DNA from: Octopus bimaculoides
Lineage: Eukaryota
Assembly: GCF_001194135.2 (NCBI RefSeq)
Contig: NC_068983.1
Location: 119,651,069 to 119,711,374 of the forward strand
Length of the DNA: 60,306 nucleotides
Direction: 5' to 3'
The position numbers and the translations under genes are program-made. The notes below the pieces were generated by a model. The model made no database searches. It saw only the letters and a list, made by a program, of their open reading frames with translations, and was not told where the DNA came from. Below, in pieces: positions 23,130-35,600 of the stretch (position 1 is its first letter; each line of letters begins with the position of its first letter).

Positions 23130-26100
23130 CAATAACATCGAAAAATACCTTAAGAATGAGTATCCAGGTTCGAAATTTCCCCAAAAAGACACCTGATGAA
23201 GGCTGGAGGGTATATCAGCTGAAACATTGTGTTAACAACTAACAAGATGAGGACAAATATCCATCAATTGTAAATAATGTATCTATCTTAATGTTTGAAA
23301 ACATACCACAGTGTATTCCTTCTTCTAAAAGAGTAATTTCTCTGACCTTGCCAACTTATAGCTACTTTTTCAACATTTCATCACCTAGTATCTTTCTCCT
23401 TTTCCAGTAATCAACAATATGGCTTCCATAGAGCCAGATATGCTTCAGATTTCTTCTCTTCTATGTCACTTACCAAAGGTCCCTGCCCTTGAGAAGTTCA
23501 ATGATAGCAATGTTGCTGAATTAGACATCTCCAAAACCTTCAACAATGTCTGGTCTGAGATCTTCCTTGCAATATTGCTACCCATGCTCAACATCTTTTT
23601 TCTTGGATGGAAATGTTACTGTTAGACCATACTATTGCAGTGTTTGATGATGGAGCTCTTTCCAATCCACATTCTACCAACTTTGTATGTGCTCATAATA
23701 CTGAATCTCTGTTGGTAAATAGTGCCCCAGATTTTGATTAATGTAAGACTTTGATAAGTAATTACTCATGTTGAGTTAAAAATAAAGTGCTTACCTTGGA
23801 ATGATTTAGCTGATACATCATTCTTGACATGAACACAGGTATAAATAGGCAAAGGTATATTTCCATCTCTTACTTTTATTTGTTGGTCACTTAATTTACT
23901 CTTTTGTCTCTGAAGAAATAGAACATGATTTATTAACTGGTTGGGGCTTTACTATAATTTAGCTTCAAAATATGATAAAATTTTCATTGTATTACAATTA
24001 GTTTTTGGTGATTAAAATTGTAAGGATTTGAGAAAATTTGAAAAATTGAATAAACATTAGTTATGAAAGCTTTTGTATTATGTCAGATCCTTAATTCATT
24101 GTGACTGTGTGCAATATATTCTCTATGTCACAATTCACCTTGCTGTCAGAGAAAATACAAGCACATCTGGGAAAGTTATTTGTAAATAGACTGACATTTT
24201 ATCTAAGGATCGGGTCTTTCTTTCACCAGCTCAGTACAGCAGAAACAGAAAATGAATACCTTCTCTGTTAATTCTGTAGGCTAACTTGAACTGTATAAGG
24301 CTAGACTTCCTTGTTATCATTAAATAATTTAGCTCTGAACAATTTTCAGTCTTCTTCATGTCAGAGCATCAGCTAAACAGAAGTAATACTCTAATATTTG
24401 AAATTATTTCAGACATTACATATAAATATAATAAATGTTGTGAAAAAAAGGACATAAGATTGATCAAAAACTTTTACACATCGACACATTGCAACAATAT
24501 GTACACTGATATACTGTCTCTTCAAGTAGTTATGTACTACTTAATTCGCCCAACCTCACTTCCTTCCTTTAACCTTATCATCTCTAAAGCCTAAAACTAT
24601 ATTCTAAACACTATTTAATCTTATGTCCCCCAAAATTCAATTTGCTAGAAACCTATATTGTACCACAGATCATGTATTAACTAAACAACAAAAAAAAAAA
24701 AAGTATATAAACATATCCAGAAAGTTTCACTCAATTTTGGCAAAACTTAATAAACAATAAGTAGGATAAAAACAAAATCATTAACTATGTTATTAATATT
24801 CATCATATTTGACTGTAAACAAATTATAGTGTTATTAATATATAAAGATATGTTGCTCAGTGTTTAGTATGTTGGACTCATGATAATAAGATCATGGGTT
24901 CAATTACTGGACTGGGTGGCACACTATGTTCATGAGCAAAGTACTTCATTTGATTCTGTTTTAGTCCATTCAGCTCAAATTGAGTGCCATCTGAATGCTG
25001 GTGCAGCCATCTTTCCCTTCATATCTTTAATGCTTAACTGAGACAAGGATGGAAGGGTTGAAAACATGCCTATGTTTGTTTGTGACTACATAGGTATCTT
25101 AAACAATTAGCAAAAGTATGGTACTTGCCACTGCATCATACTTGCTTCTTTCTATGTCTAAACAATACTTTGTTTTACTATACAATCAGAATGTAAAAAA
25201 GAACGATGAATTTAGAATTCTAGTTTGTTATAATTTAGTTTGGGGATAAATTGTTTCTCTTTATGATTAATGCACTTTTGCAATTAATTTTAAGTTTAAT
25301 TGGGGAAAATGAAAATAATTAATGCTAAATTGTCTGAAATTTTCTGGACATTGCATTTTAGAAACAAATGTTATATTAAGGAAGAAAAAAAAAAAAAAAA
25401 AGTTACCCCTTTCAGTAATGTTTCTCCAACCAAAAGACCAAAAAAGTCTGTAAAACTAACAGGTTGACCAGTCCGTTTCTTCAACATTATTCGATCAATA
25501 TATCGGTACATACTATTTGGCTTAAGTAACCACAAAAGGCTAGGTTCTATATTTTTTCTCAGTTCTTCATGGAGATTTTCTATCGGAGATTCTGGCCATT
25601 TCTTATGGGAATATAATGATGAAATATACCTGTGTAATATAAATTGAAAAATATAGATATCACTTGCCATGTGTAAATTATACTAAATATATATACACTA
25701 CTGAAAGACCTGATGCTGATATTTTTTTGTCTGAGAGAAAAATCTCTTCATAGACATGTTGTGAAAACACAATAGATATAACTGAGTGATGAAAACATCA
25801 TTGCAGCTGTGATTCATGAGAATTACATATATGTTGTTCCCTACCGTGGGATGGGGGGTGGGGGGATCAACGGCATGTATATATTTGTCACATGCTAAAA
25901 CAAAATTTGTGGTTCAATGTGTAGGAAATAGTGGAAAATGCATTCACTGATATTGCAGAAAACTTGCTGGGCTTTAAAAGAAAAATCAGTGAATGCAATT
26001 GAAACAGTATTAGATTAAAATCACCATTTATGTATCGTTGTCCTGATGAAACAAAACCCCTTTCATCAGTTTTCCAGGGCATTTGGTCTTGATAGCCCTT

Positions 26101-26601
26101 CCATACTTAATTGCTTCAACAAGTTAGCATAATAATCTCCATTGAAGATAGTCAATAAACACAATACCTTTTACATCCCAAAACAATTAAGGCCATATTT
26201 GTGTTTCTTCAAGTGATAACTGGTGTTAGTTTATTTACATCCCTGTAATCTAGCAAAAATATACCAGTGGAATAAGTACCAGGCTTGGAAAAAAAAAAGG
26301 GAAAATAAGTACTGGGGTCAATTTGTTTGAATAAAGCTCTTCAAGGTGTTGCTCCAGTATGGCTGCAGTCTAATGATTAAAACAAGTAAAAGTTAAAAGG
26401 TAAACTATAAGTGCAGCCATAAATATAGGGAAACAAGATTCCTTCTAAAGTTGCAGTTAATAACCAGAAAAATTGCTATCATATTAGCAACGTAACTTAT
26501 CTCAGACATTTAGGGCAGGCATTTACTAAATGTCACTTCAGAAAAGTTAAATGCAATGAGTGACTCTCAACTCACTTTACAAATACACACTTTGCCACCC
26601 A

Positions 26602-26665
<64 letters not shown>

Positions 26666-29600
26666 TCCATAATTCTCAATTTTGATATGTATTTTAACTC
26701 ACATATAGTACCAACTATGGATACATATTGGTTGGAATATTGGAATAAGCAGATGTACTTCAAGAGGAAACAGCTGGGATTTACCCCAAATAACTTGTAT
26801 ATTCTCTTCTGCTATATAAAGGCAGGCTAAACAAATTTGGTTTTTCAAATTTGCATCTCAAAGGTAAGGTTCTCCATAAATGATTTTAAAAATCTATAAT
26901 TTGCTATGAGAAATAACTCAACTTTTAGATTGACAATTCTCTCATTCTCTAAACGTCATCAATTTATCTCTTTTTTTTTTTAAGGTTATCACTGGCAATG
27001 AAAGCTGGTGCTACGGAATTTGCAGATGTGGAAGAGGTGAAGAAAAAAACGATAGAGGTGTTAAAAGGCATTACTCCACAAGAGTTCCAGCACTGCTTCA
27101 AACAGTGGAAAACGCATATGAAGAATACTTTGAAGGCAATGAAAGTGTAAACATGTAAAACTTAGTGAATAAAATAATACTGCAAAATTCCAGTTTCTTT
27201 TAGGTACCTCTTTGTCTATCACCATGCTTGCCCTAGAGGTTATAACAAACAAGACTACTTTTAGAATAAGATTTAAGAGTATATATAGATATAAAATTAT
27301 TTAGAGAAGAGCCATGTATACAAGCAGTTACTTACCAAGAGGAGCCTGAAAGACCTCCTAGATATGTAACACTGTCTAATATTTTACTTTTCTGCAATGC
27401 ATTGAGAACTCCACTGAATCCAACCATAGCTCGGAAACCACCTCCAGATCCAATTACGGCAATATTTGGTACCTGTGGAACATAGTTGGAAAGTCTGATG
27501 TAATGTTTGTGCTTAGGTGTGTATATGTATGTGCATGTGTGCATGCATATTTATGTATGTATGTGCAAGTATGTATGTTTGTATGCATATGCACATATAT
27601 ATGTGCGTGTGTGTATTTATATACACACACACACACACACATGTGCACATACACATGCATGTCCACAAACATACACATGCATGTCCACAAACATACACAC
27701 AGAGAAACATGTATAATAGTGTGAACATTTTACCCTGAACAGAATGTGTATAGCATTGGCATTATGTTTTGAATATGATGATTTGTGACTGTCTTTAATC
27801 GTCTGTGTGTTTATATTCACACACACACACACACACACATTCTTTTATTTGTTTCAATCATGCTGGAGCACTACTTTAAAAGGTTTTTAGTCAAAGAAAT
27901 AGACCCTAGGACTTATTCGTTGTAAGCCTAGGACTTATTCTATTGGTCTCTTTTGCTGAACCACTAAGTTATGTGGAGATGAACATACCAGCATTGGTTG
28001 TCAAGCGATGGCAGGGGGACAAACACAGACAAACACAATACACACACACGCACATATATATATATGATGGACTTCTTTCAGTTTCCATCTACTGAATCTA
28101 CACACAAGGCTTTGGTCAACCCGAGGCTATTGTAGAAGACACTTGCCCAAGGTGCCACACAGTGTAACTGAACCTGCAACCATGTGGTTGAGAAGCAAGC
28201 TTCTTACTACACAGCCACACTTGTGCCTTATACATATGTATAAATATATATTGATTGGCTCTTCATTGGTTATGATGATAAATGTTCAGCCTGCTTAGGA
28301 AATTAATGGGCAAGCAACTAACCATGCTGCAAGAATGCATACCCTTAATGTAGGTCTCAGGGAGATTCAGCATCAAACTGAGTGTGACAAGGCTGGCCTT
28401 TTGAATTACTGGTACAACTCATTTTTGCCAGTTATGTAAACTGGAGCAACAAGAAATAAAGTGTCTTGCTGAAGGATGCAATACACTGTTGGGAGTCAAA
28501 CTCACAGCCTTATGATCATGAGCTTAACACCCTAAGCTCATGATCAGAAGGTTGTGAGTTTGACTCCTAGCAGTATTGCATCTTTACATACATACATACA
28601 TACATGCATATCTGCTGGCACTCCGTCGCTTACAACATTGAGGGTTCCAGTTGATCCGACCAATGGAACAGCCTGCTCATGAAATTAACGTGCAAGTGGC
28701 TGAGCACTCCACAGACACGTGTACCCTTAACGTAGTTCTCGGGGATATTTAGCGTGATACAGTGTGACAAGGCTGGCCCTTTGAATTACAGGCACAACAG
28801 AAACAGGAAGTAAGAGTGAGAGAAAGTTGTGGTGAAAGAGTACAGCAGGGTTCGCCACCATCCCCTGCCAGAGCCTCATGGAGCTTTAGGTGTTTTCGCT
28901 CAATAAACACTCACAACGCCCAGTCTGGGAATCGAAACCACGATCCTATGACCGTGTGTCCGCTGCCCTAACCACTGGGCCATTGCGCCTCCACGCATGC
29001 ATGCATATAGTCTGTAAATAAAAGGAATGTGAGTTTCTTAACCACACAGTCATGCTGGCAGCTATGAGAATGTAATTACTCAAAAATTTATGACATTCAG
29101 ACACAAGTGGAATATTTATAACAACCTATATCAGATTCAGAGACATGTAAATGTGGCTAACATGAAACCAAATCAAAACTTTTATAACTAAATGCAGTGT
29201 TATTTAAATGATGCAGTGGAAAGTTATCTGAAGAAATGCCAATTCCAGAGCTATTTGTCATTGAAGAAGCCAAGGACTTTAAACAAAGGTATGGGTTTCA
29301 TGGAGGCTGGTCGTTTTGGTTGGGTGGTTCAGAAACTCTTAAATATGATGACATTCTTTAAAAGATGACATGACATTTGTAAACTGCATTTGACTGGTAA
29401 AAAGAAGTCACAAGATACAGAGATTGGTGAAAATATATAAGATTTTCATGATCAAGTTTTAATACACTGGTATATTTGATAATCCAGAACTGCACTGGTG
29501 CCATGGCGGCTGTATTAGTAGAACCCCCTTCCCCTCACCACACTTATACACCTTATTACATTAGAGCATTAATTCAAGTATCACTTGAGTAAGGTATCAT

Positions 29601-32600
29601 ATTTATTATATTTACATACACATAGACACAGGAGTGGCTGTGTGGTAAAAAAGCTTGCTTCCCAACCACATGATTTCAAGTTCAGTCCCACTGCATAGCA
29701 CCTTGGGCAAATGTCTTCTACTATAGCCTTAGGCCAACTAAAACCTTGTGAGTGGATTTGGCAGACAGAAACTGAAAGAAACCCAAATATATATACATGT
29801 ATATGTGTCTTTGTGTCTGTGTTTGTCCCCTCATTACCATTTAACAACTGGTGTTGGTGTGTTTATGTCCCCATAACTTGGTGGTTCAGAAAAATTTATG
29901 TTATCAAATGGTTTTCTACTGATAACAATTTCCAGAAATGGAGAGGTTGTAGTAAAAGTCAGCTCACTGCCTAACCATCCTTATAATCCTTTCTACTCAA
30001 ATTTTGGGTGGGAGGAGGCTAATCAATTACATCAAACCCAGTACTTGACTGGTACTCATTTTATCAACCCTGAAAGGATGAAAGGCAAAATCGTCCTTGG
30101 GAGAATTTGAACTCAGAACTTACAGACAGACAAAACGCTGCTAAGCATTTTGCCCAGTGTGTTAATTCTGCCAGCTCCCTGCCTTTGCTGTCCTGAAGCT
30201 ATACAGTAATGGTTTCAGATTTAGGCACAAAGCCAACAATTTTGAGAGATGTAGATGATACCATCAACACCAGTATTTCACTTGTATTTTATTTTATAGA
30301 CTCCAAAAGGTTGAATGGGACTTGGAATTCAAAATGTAAAGTGTTGGAACAAATGCCCTAAAGCAGTTTTTCTGGCACTGCAACAATTCTACCAGGGTTC
30401 AATCTCCAACAATTTACTACAATTACTACAAGCTTTAATGACCATCTACAGCAGCTAGGTGGTGTCAAACAAATTTCTGGTCTTTTGTCTTTTCCTTTCT
30501 GCCCTGGGAGATTAATGAGGATGAGTTGACCTCTTGATCTTTCTCTGGTCATGGAAGGATCAGAAAGATAATTCTAGAGAAATCTATTCTGTTTGGTTCA
30601 CCTACTTAATTACCCAATTTATAAATACTCTGTGAAATATTAAGTCACTTTCTTTTGGTCAATTTAGCTGCTGTCCAAGGAGCAAACTTTTGATGTCTAT
30701 GTGTGTGAAGGTAGAACTTTATTATCTCTAGCTGCCTATATTACTTTTACTCTTTCTCTATCTTACTCTCTAGCAGTACAGCAATGAAGCTAGCTTTCAC
30801 ACAGAATGAACCATGGGTCAACAAAATATATTTTACTGCATTTACAGACAATGTGTACACACAATGTCATGATGGTGTCATTTATTTGATATTGTAACAA
30901 CTAATATCATGATTCATATTAAATAAATGACCATTTTTATAATTGATTAATTGTTCTTCATTCATTCATTTCCTGCTGCATCATGATCATCATTCAAACC
31001 TCATTTTTAGTGACTACCAATTTTTCTTCAAATTATGTCATTACAAAGCTATTACCTTGGTAAACTATTCTGTCTCATTTACTAATTGTTTTCCATGAAG
31101 CTGGTGTTCCTATGTATTTTACACCAGTCTTTGTTTAAAACCATTAAAATATATTCAAAAGAAATCCAACTCACCTCTTCAAGACTTTGTGGGGCATCAT
31201 CCTCTAATAAATTATTCAAAGCTTCATACACTCGGCACTTTCGGTTAGTTAAATAATCTTTCTCATCATCAGAGAGGCAGAGACCATATCTCAAATCTGG
31301 TTTCTGGCTGAAATTATTAATTCATACTTTAACAATGATTTCATTTTAGTTTCATTTCGTTTAATTTGTTTGTTTGTTTTTTCCTTTCTTGCTTTATTTT
31401 AATTAATGAATAGAACTCATTTATAATGAGAAGATTGTTTAAATCATCATCACCACCACCACAGTAATTCAAAAGGACCAGCTTTGTCACACTGTGTCAT
31501 GGTGAATCTCCCTGAGAACTACATTAAGAGTATGTATGTTTGTGGTATGCTCAGCAACTTGCCTGTTAATTTCATGAACAGTTGATCATATCAACAGGAA
31601 TGTTTGTTGTAACTGATGGAAAGCCAGACAAATTAGCCACTGATTTTGTTGTTTTATGTCATCGTCATTATGATCCTCCTCCTCCTCCTCCTCCTCCTCC
31701 TCCTCGTTGTTGTCATAACCCAAAATTCATTCTTAAATATCTGAGATGAGTTCTTGTTAATATGATTATAATTTTTCAGAGATTATAAGCTTTATCTTTG
31801 GAGATGAAATATATTTCACTATTTACATTTACATTATGTTTTGATAAGTTTGATCTTCCATTGTGCACAGGTGTCTTAATACAATGTGTATACACAACAG
31901 TACATAGCGCTAAGTTTTGAAAGTACTCTATTTATATGTTTCAGAGATTATAAGCTTTATCTTTGAAGATGAAATATATTTCACTATTTACATTTACATT
32001 ATGTTTTGATAGGTTTGATCTTCCATTGTGCACAGGTGTCTTAATACAATGTGTATACACAACAGTACATAGAGCTAAGTTTTGAAAGTACTCTATTTAT
32101 ATGTTTATACTCCATTTATATGTTTGCTGTTATTGTTAAGTACATCGTTAACATTTTCAAGGAATATTTTGATGATTTAGCTCTGGATCAGTCATGGATA
32201 AACTGTGGTACACAGGACTTTCTGAATGGCACACCTATAAAAATATTACCTTGCATATTTTAATAGTACAGCCCACCTGATAACAATTCATGCCTCATGT
32301 GGCCTGTTTTTTGAAAAAAGGTTGCCCACGTCTGCTCTAAATAGTATAAAGCTGAATCATGCAGCTTGGTTAAGACTCCTGACTGACAGATACATACTCT
32401 GGCAACATGAGAAGACATTGAAGTTCTTATAGATCAAATGAACTCTCTACATATTCTGTTCAGTTGTCTCAGAAAAAAAAGAAAGAAAGAACTACCATTC
32501 CTTATATTTCCAGGAAATATAATCTGCATCAATACATCAGTTTATAGAGAAAAAATGTGTTTCCTGAGAAATAAATACATTCCTGAACAACAAATAGTCA

Positions 32601-35600
32601 TCACAGAGACCCACATCCCCATTCAAGCACAAAGTAGAGGTGAATCTGGGTCCCATTGTGTCTCTACTTTACCATAAATGATAGTCTGAGAAACATTGAG
32701 AGAGTTTACAATACACATAACTTCAGAACTGAGTTCAATAATAACATCAGACTTTGGAAATTCCTTAAATTCAAACCTACTCAGGAATAGCTTGAATATA
32801 AGAACTGCATCTGTATAATCCATATCTCCATAAACAGAAATTGGGAAGTCTCTAATGGAATATTTGCTTTAATGAGAAGAGAAACTTCTAAGTTAGGAAT
32901 AGCCAAAAATATATGGTACAGAAAAAAAAAATCATGTATATGGAAGTTTGCATAATCAATAGAGAACTATAATGGAACGTTAGAAAAATCCTAATTGTGC
33001 ATATTGCTGAAAATCCAGTCTGTAAATATAACATTGAAATTAGACTGATATGGTCGCCTTTTGTGAAAAATAAAATTAAATAATCTAAAAATCAATCAGG
33101 GGTCAAGTTGGTATGAACATTACTTCTTTTAGTTTCAAAATAAAGATTTTGTCTTTGAATCAAATCTGTTACTATGTACACATTCCAGAAATGATATACC
33201 TGATGGCAATCAAAGATCAAACTATCGAAAATATGGTGTAGATGTAAATATTTGAACATTTTTCATATTTAGATAGTCTGTTTATAAGCGTACTCTAAAT
33301 TCATATACCTTAAAATGCAGTGAATAGAAGATTGTGTAAAAAAATAAAATTTGGCCAATGGTCTCTTAATTGTCTTCCACAGATAATAATGATTTCTCAG
33401 TTTTGCTGCTCCTGCTTATTGAATTGTATAGTCAGAGTAAGCTTATATACTGTTTGTAACTTTCTGAATTAAAGTGAAATGTTTTAGTCTGAAATCAAAA
33501 CCTAGTTGTAGTACCTGTAACATAGCTAGTGTTTGTGCTGTCCAAGGTGGTCCTTGAACTTTTTCCTTTACTATTTCAATGCCACACAGGTCAGACTACC
33601 CAACACTCTCATTTGCTTTTAGATGCATTAGTGTGTAGTGCGTAGTTCAGTCACCCCTTCCTGTGTGCTGCTTACTATTTTAGGTCAACAAAGTATTTTT
33701 CGATTTCAACAATTGTCGCAGGACATTCGGAGGCATTTAGTAACAAACCATCGTAAGTGCCACAGCTTAAAACAGAGAAAAGCACAAAGTTTCGCGACTT
33801 TCAGAATGTGATATCTCAGCAAGGAATGAAGTTAGGAAGCTGGTTTTTGTGTCTTAAAATGACTGTGAAGACCTTCTCTAATCATTTCACCCATGTAAAA
33901 TTATTTATTTATGCATGCATCTGAAAGATGAATTAATGACTGCATCTTTCTCATTTTGCAGAATATATTGGTACTACAAAACAGTGTATCACATTGCATA
34001 TTTTAGCCATAATATCTAGAAAAACATACAGAGATCCCCCATCCCACTTAAAGGTATTGTTTGTGTTTCAATATACCAGTGTAAAATGATACAGGGACCA
34101 CACCAAAGTTATTGATTGAGTGTGTGTGCTTACGATGGTGTTTTACTAAACTCTCTAGTTCAAGTTTGGGTGAGCGAGCATCGTGTCAATAGTGTCAAGG
34201 TAAATTTTTTACAGAAGGATTTTCGACCTTATTGCAAGCCTCACAGTTCTTCCTTCCAACTTTTTCGGATTCTAGATGTTGTGACAAATAAAATGATATA
34301 CTAACCTTGAAAATGACTGGGGTGGCACTATTCTGTTATTTTATGGAGTAATCAGTTATAAACAAAGGTAAACAATTTCTAACAGGAATTATTGTCTAAT
34401 AGCATTCATTGTCATTCTTCTTATTTCATCACTTTCATTTCATCTTCCATTCTCAACAATAACTTCCTTTATCATATTAACCATTCATGATTTTTCAATA
34501 AAATTTTATCGACAAAGAAGCATGTCTCAGTTCAGGATTAACTGATATATAAATAAATGTATTCAGAATTCATTTACTTTGGTATTCATTTCAACACCAC
34601 TCTGATTCAACAGAATGTAATTCATACATACTTGGGTGAGTATGTTTTTGTAAAGGTTTTGTGTATATGAATAGTGTATATACTTCGTATATAGAGTGTG
34701 TATATGTGTGTGTATTCTTAAAACAATGTGAAGTAACTGAGGAGTGTAACTGTTTAGTCATGGTGCAAATAAATAGCCTAGGGAGTGTAGAATGATCCAC
34801 ATTCCTGTCATGGGTAACATATTGATAACGTTTGATTGGAATGTTTGTATTTCCCTGAAAAATCATTTCTTTTATTGGGAAATAATACTTAGTAGGCTGT
34901 GGCTTGTGTCTTTCAATCAGTTTCTTATCACCAAAACAAAGAAATCTCATTATTTGGGAGTTTTACTGAATTGTGAAATGATGAGAGTGAGGATTTGGTG
35001 GCAATAGAAAATCGAAAAGATTAAATTGATTCTGATATTTTAAATAAGAAATATTTTCTAGGTAAAAAAAAAGTTAAATTTAACAAAATTTAACTTACTT
35101 CAGTTCAGTTTTCAGTTCAATATCAAGTTCTATAACCTGAAAGCAACAGAAAAATGTTGAAAAAAATATTTTACATTTTTGATTAACGTTATTTACATCA
35201 TTGCATTTATTTACTTTGTAAAAGACAATTTTAAACATCCTTTTTGTGACCATACTTTAAAGTTCACTGATATTGCAGTTCATCTCAAACCAATGTTTGT
35301 TCACTGTGAAGCATTTAACTCTTTAGCATTCAGATTTCTCTGTCAAATGTAATACTTATTTATTAACATTGATATGAATTAGTCATGCATTACCTTGCAG
35401 CTTTGAGATTTCAATGATGTAATTGTTTAGTTTTAGAATAACATTGTAGGGTAAGTGTGAGAGGCTGGATCTGGTCAGTTTGAAGATAAGACAGATGGAA
35501 TATTTTGGCCAGATATGGCTGGTTTAATGCCAAAGAGTTAAGACTTTACTAATAATAGGCGATAATTCTCACATGGCACATTCTCAGTCTTATTTACAGC

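Larger units (their letters stand above)
22724..23282. mobile_element. About 560-bp palindromic element: two divergent units of tRNA-like head + (AAT)n + hammerhead ribozyme motif
   Basis: The arms are reverse complements about a centre near 23000. A-box GGTGTAGTGGTTAA and B-box GTTCGATTCC are on both strands, and CTGATGA-A-GGCTG-loop-CAGC(C/T)-GAAA is in each arm. Confidence 0.88.
22270..23700 (+). mobile_element. Degenerate CR1/Jockey-type LINE ORF2 fragment, split by the palindromic insertion at 22724-23282
   Basis: Left part [19 protein letters not shown]; right part [15 protein letters not shown] and [22 protein letters not shown] (DISKAFDRVW-like). Confidence 0.75.

Noticed and set aside
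26043-26069. CTGATGAAA...TTTCATCAG hairpin as another hammerhead
   Set aside because: It is a simple 9-bp inverted repeat with no helix II-GAAA-helix III arrangement.
32623-32823. 66-aa ORF with protein-like composition
   Set aside because: No recognisable motif, and it does not fit the cPLA2 exon chain.
34306-34332. 27-nt frame-preserving candidate microexon (AG...AAG|GTTAGT) between exons 5 and 6
   Set aside because: The polypyrimidine tract is poor and there is no homology. Only RNA-seq could support it.
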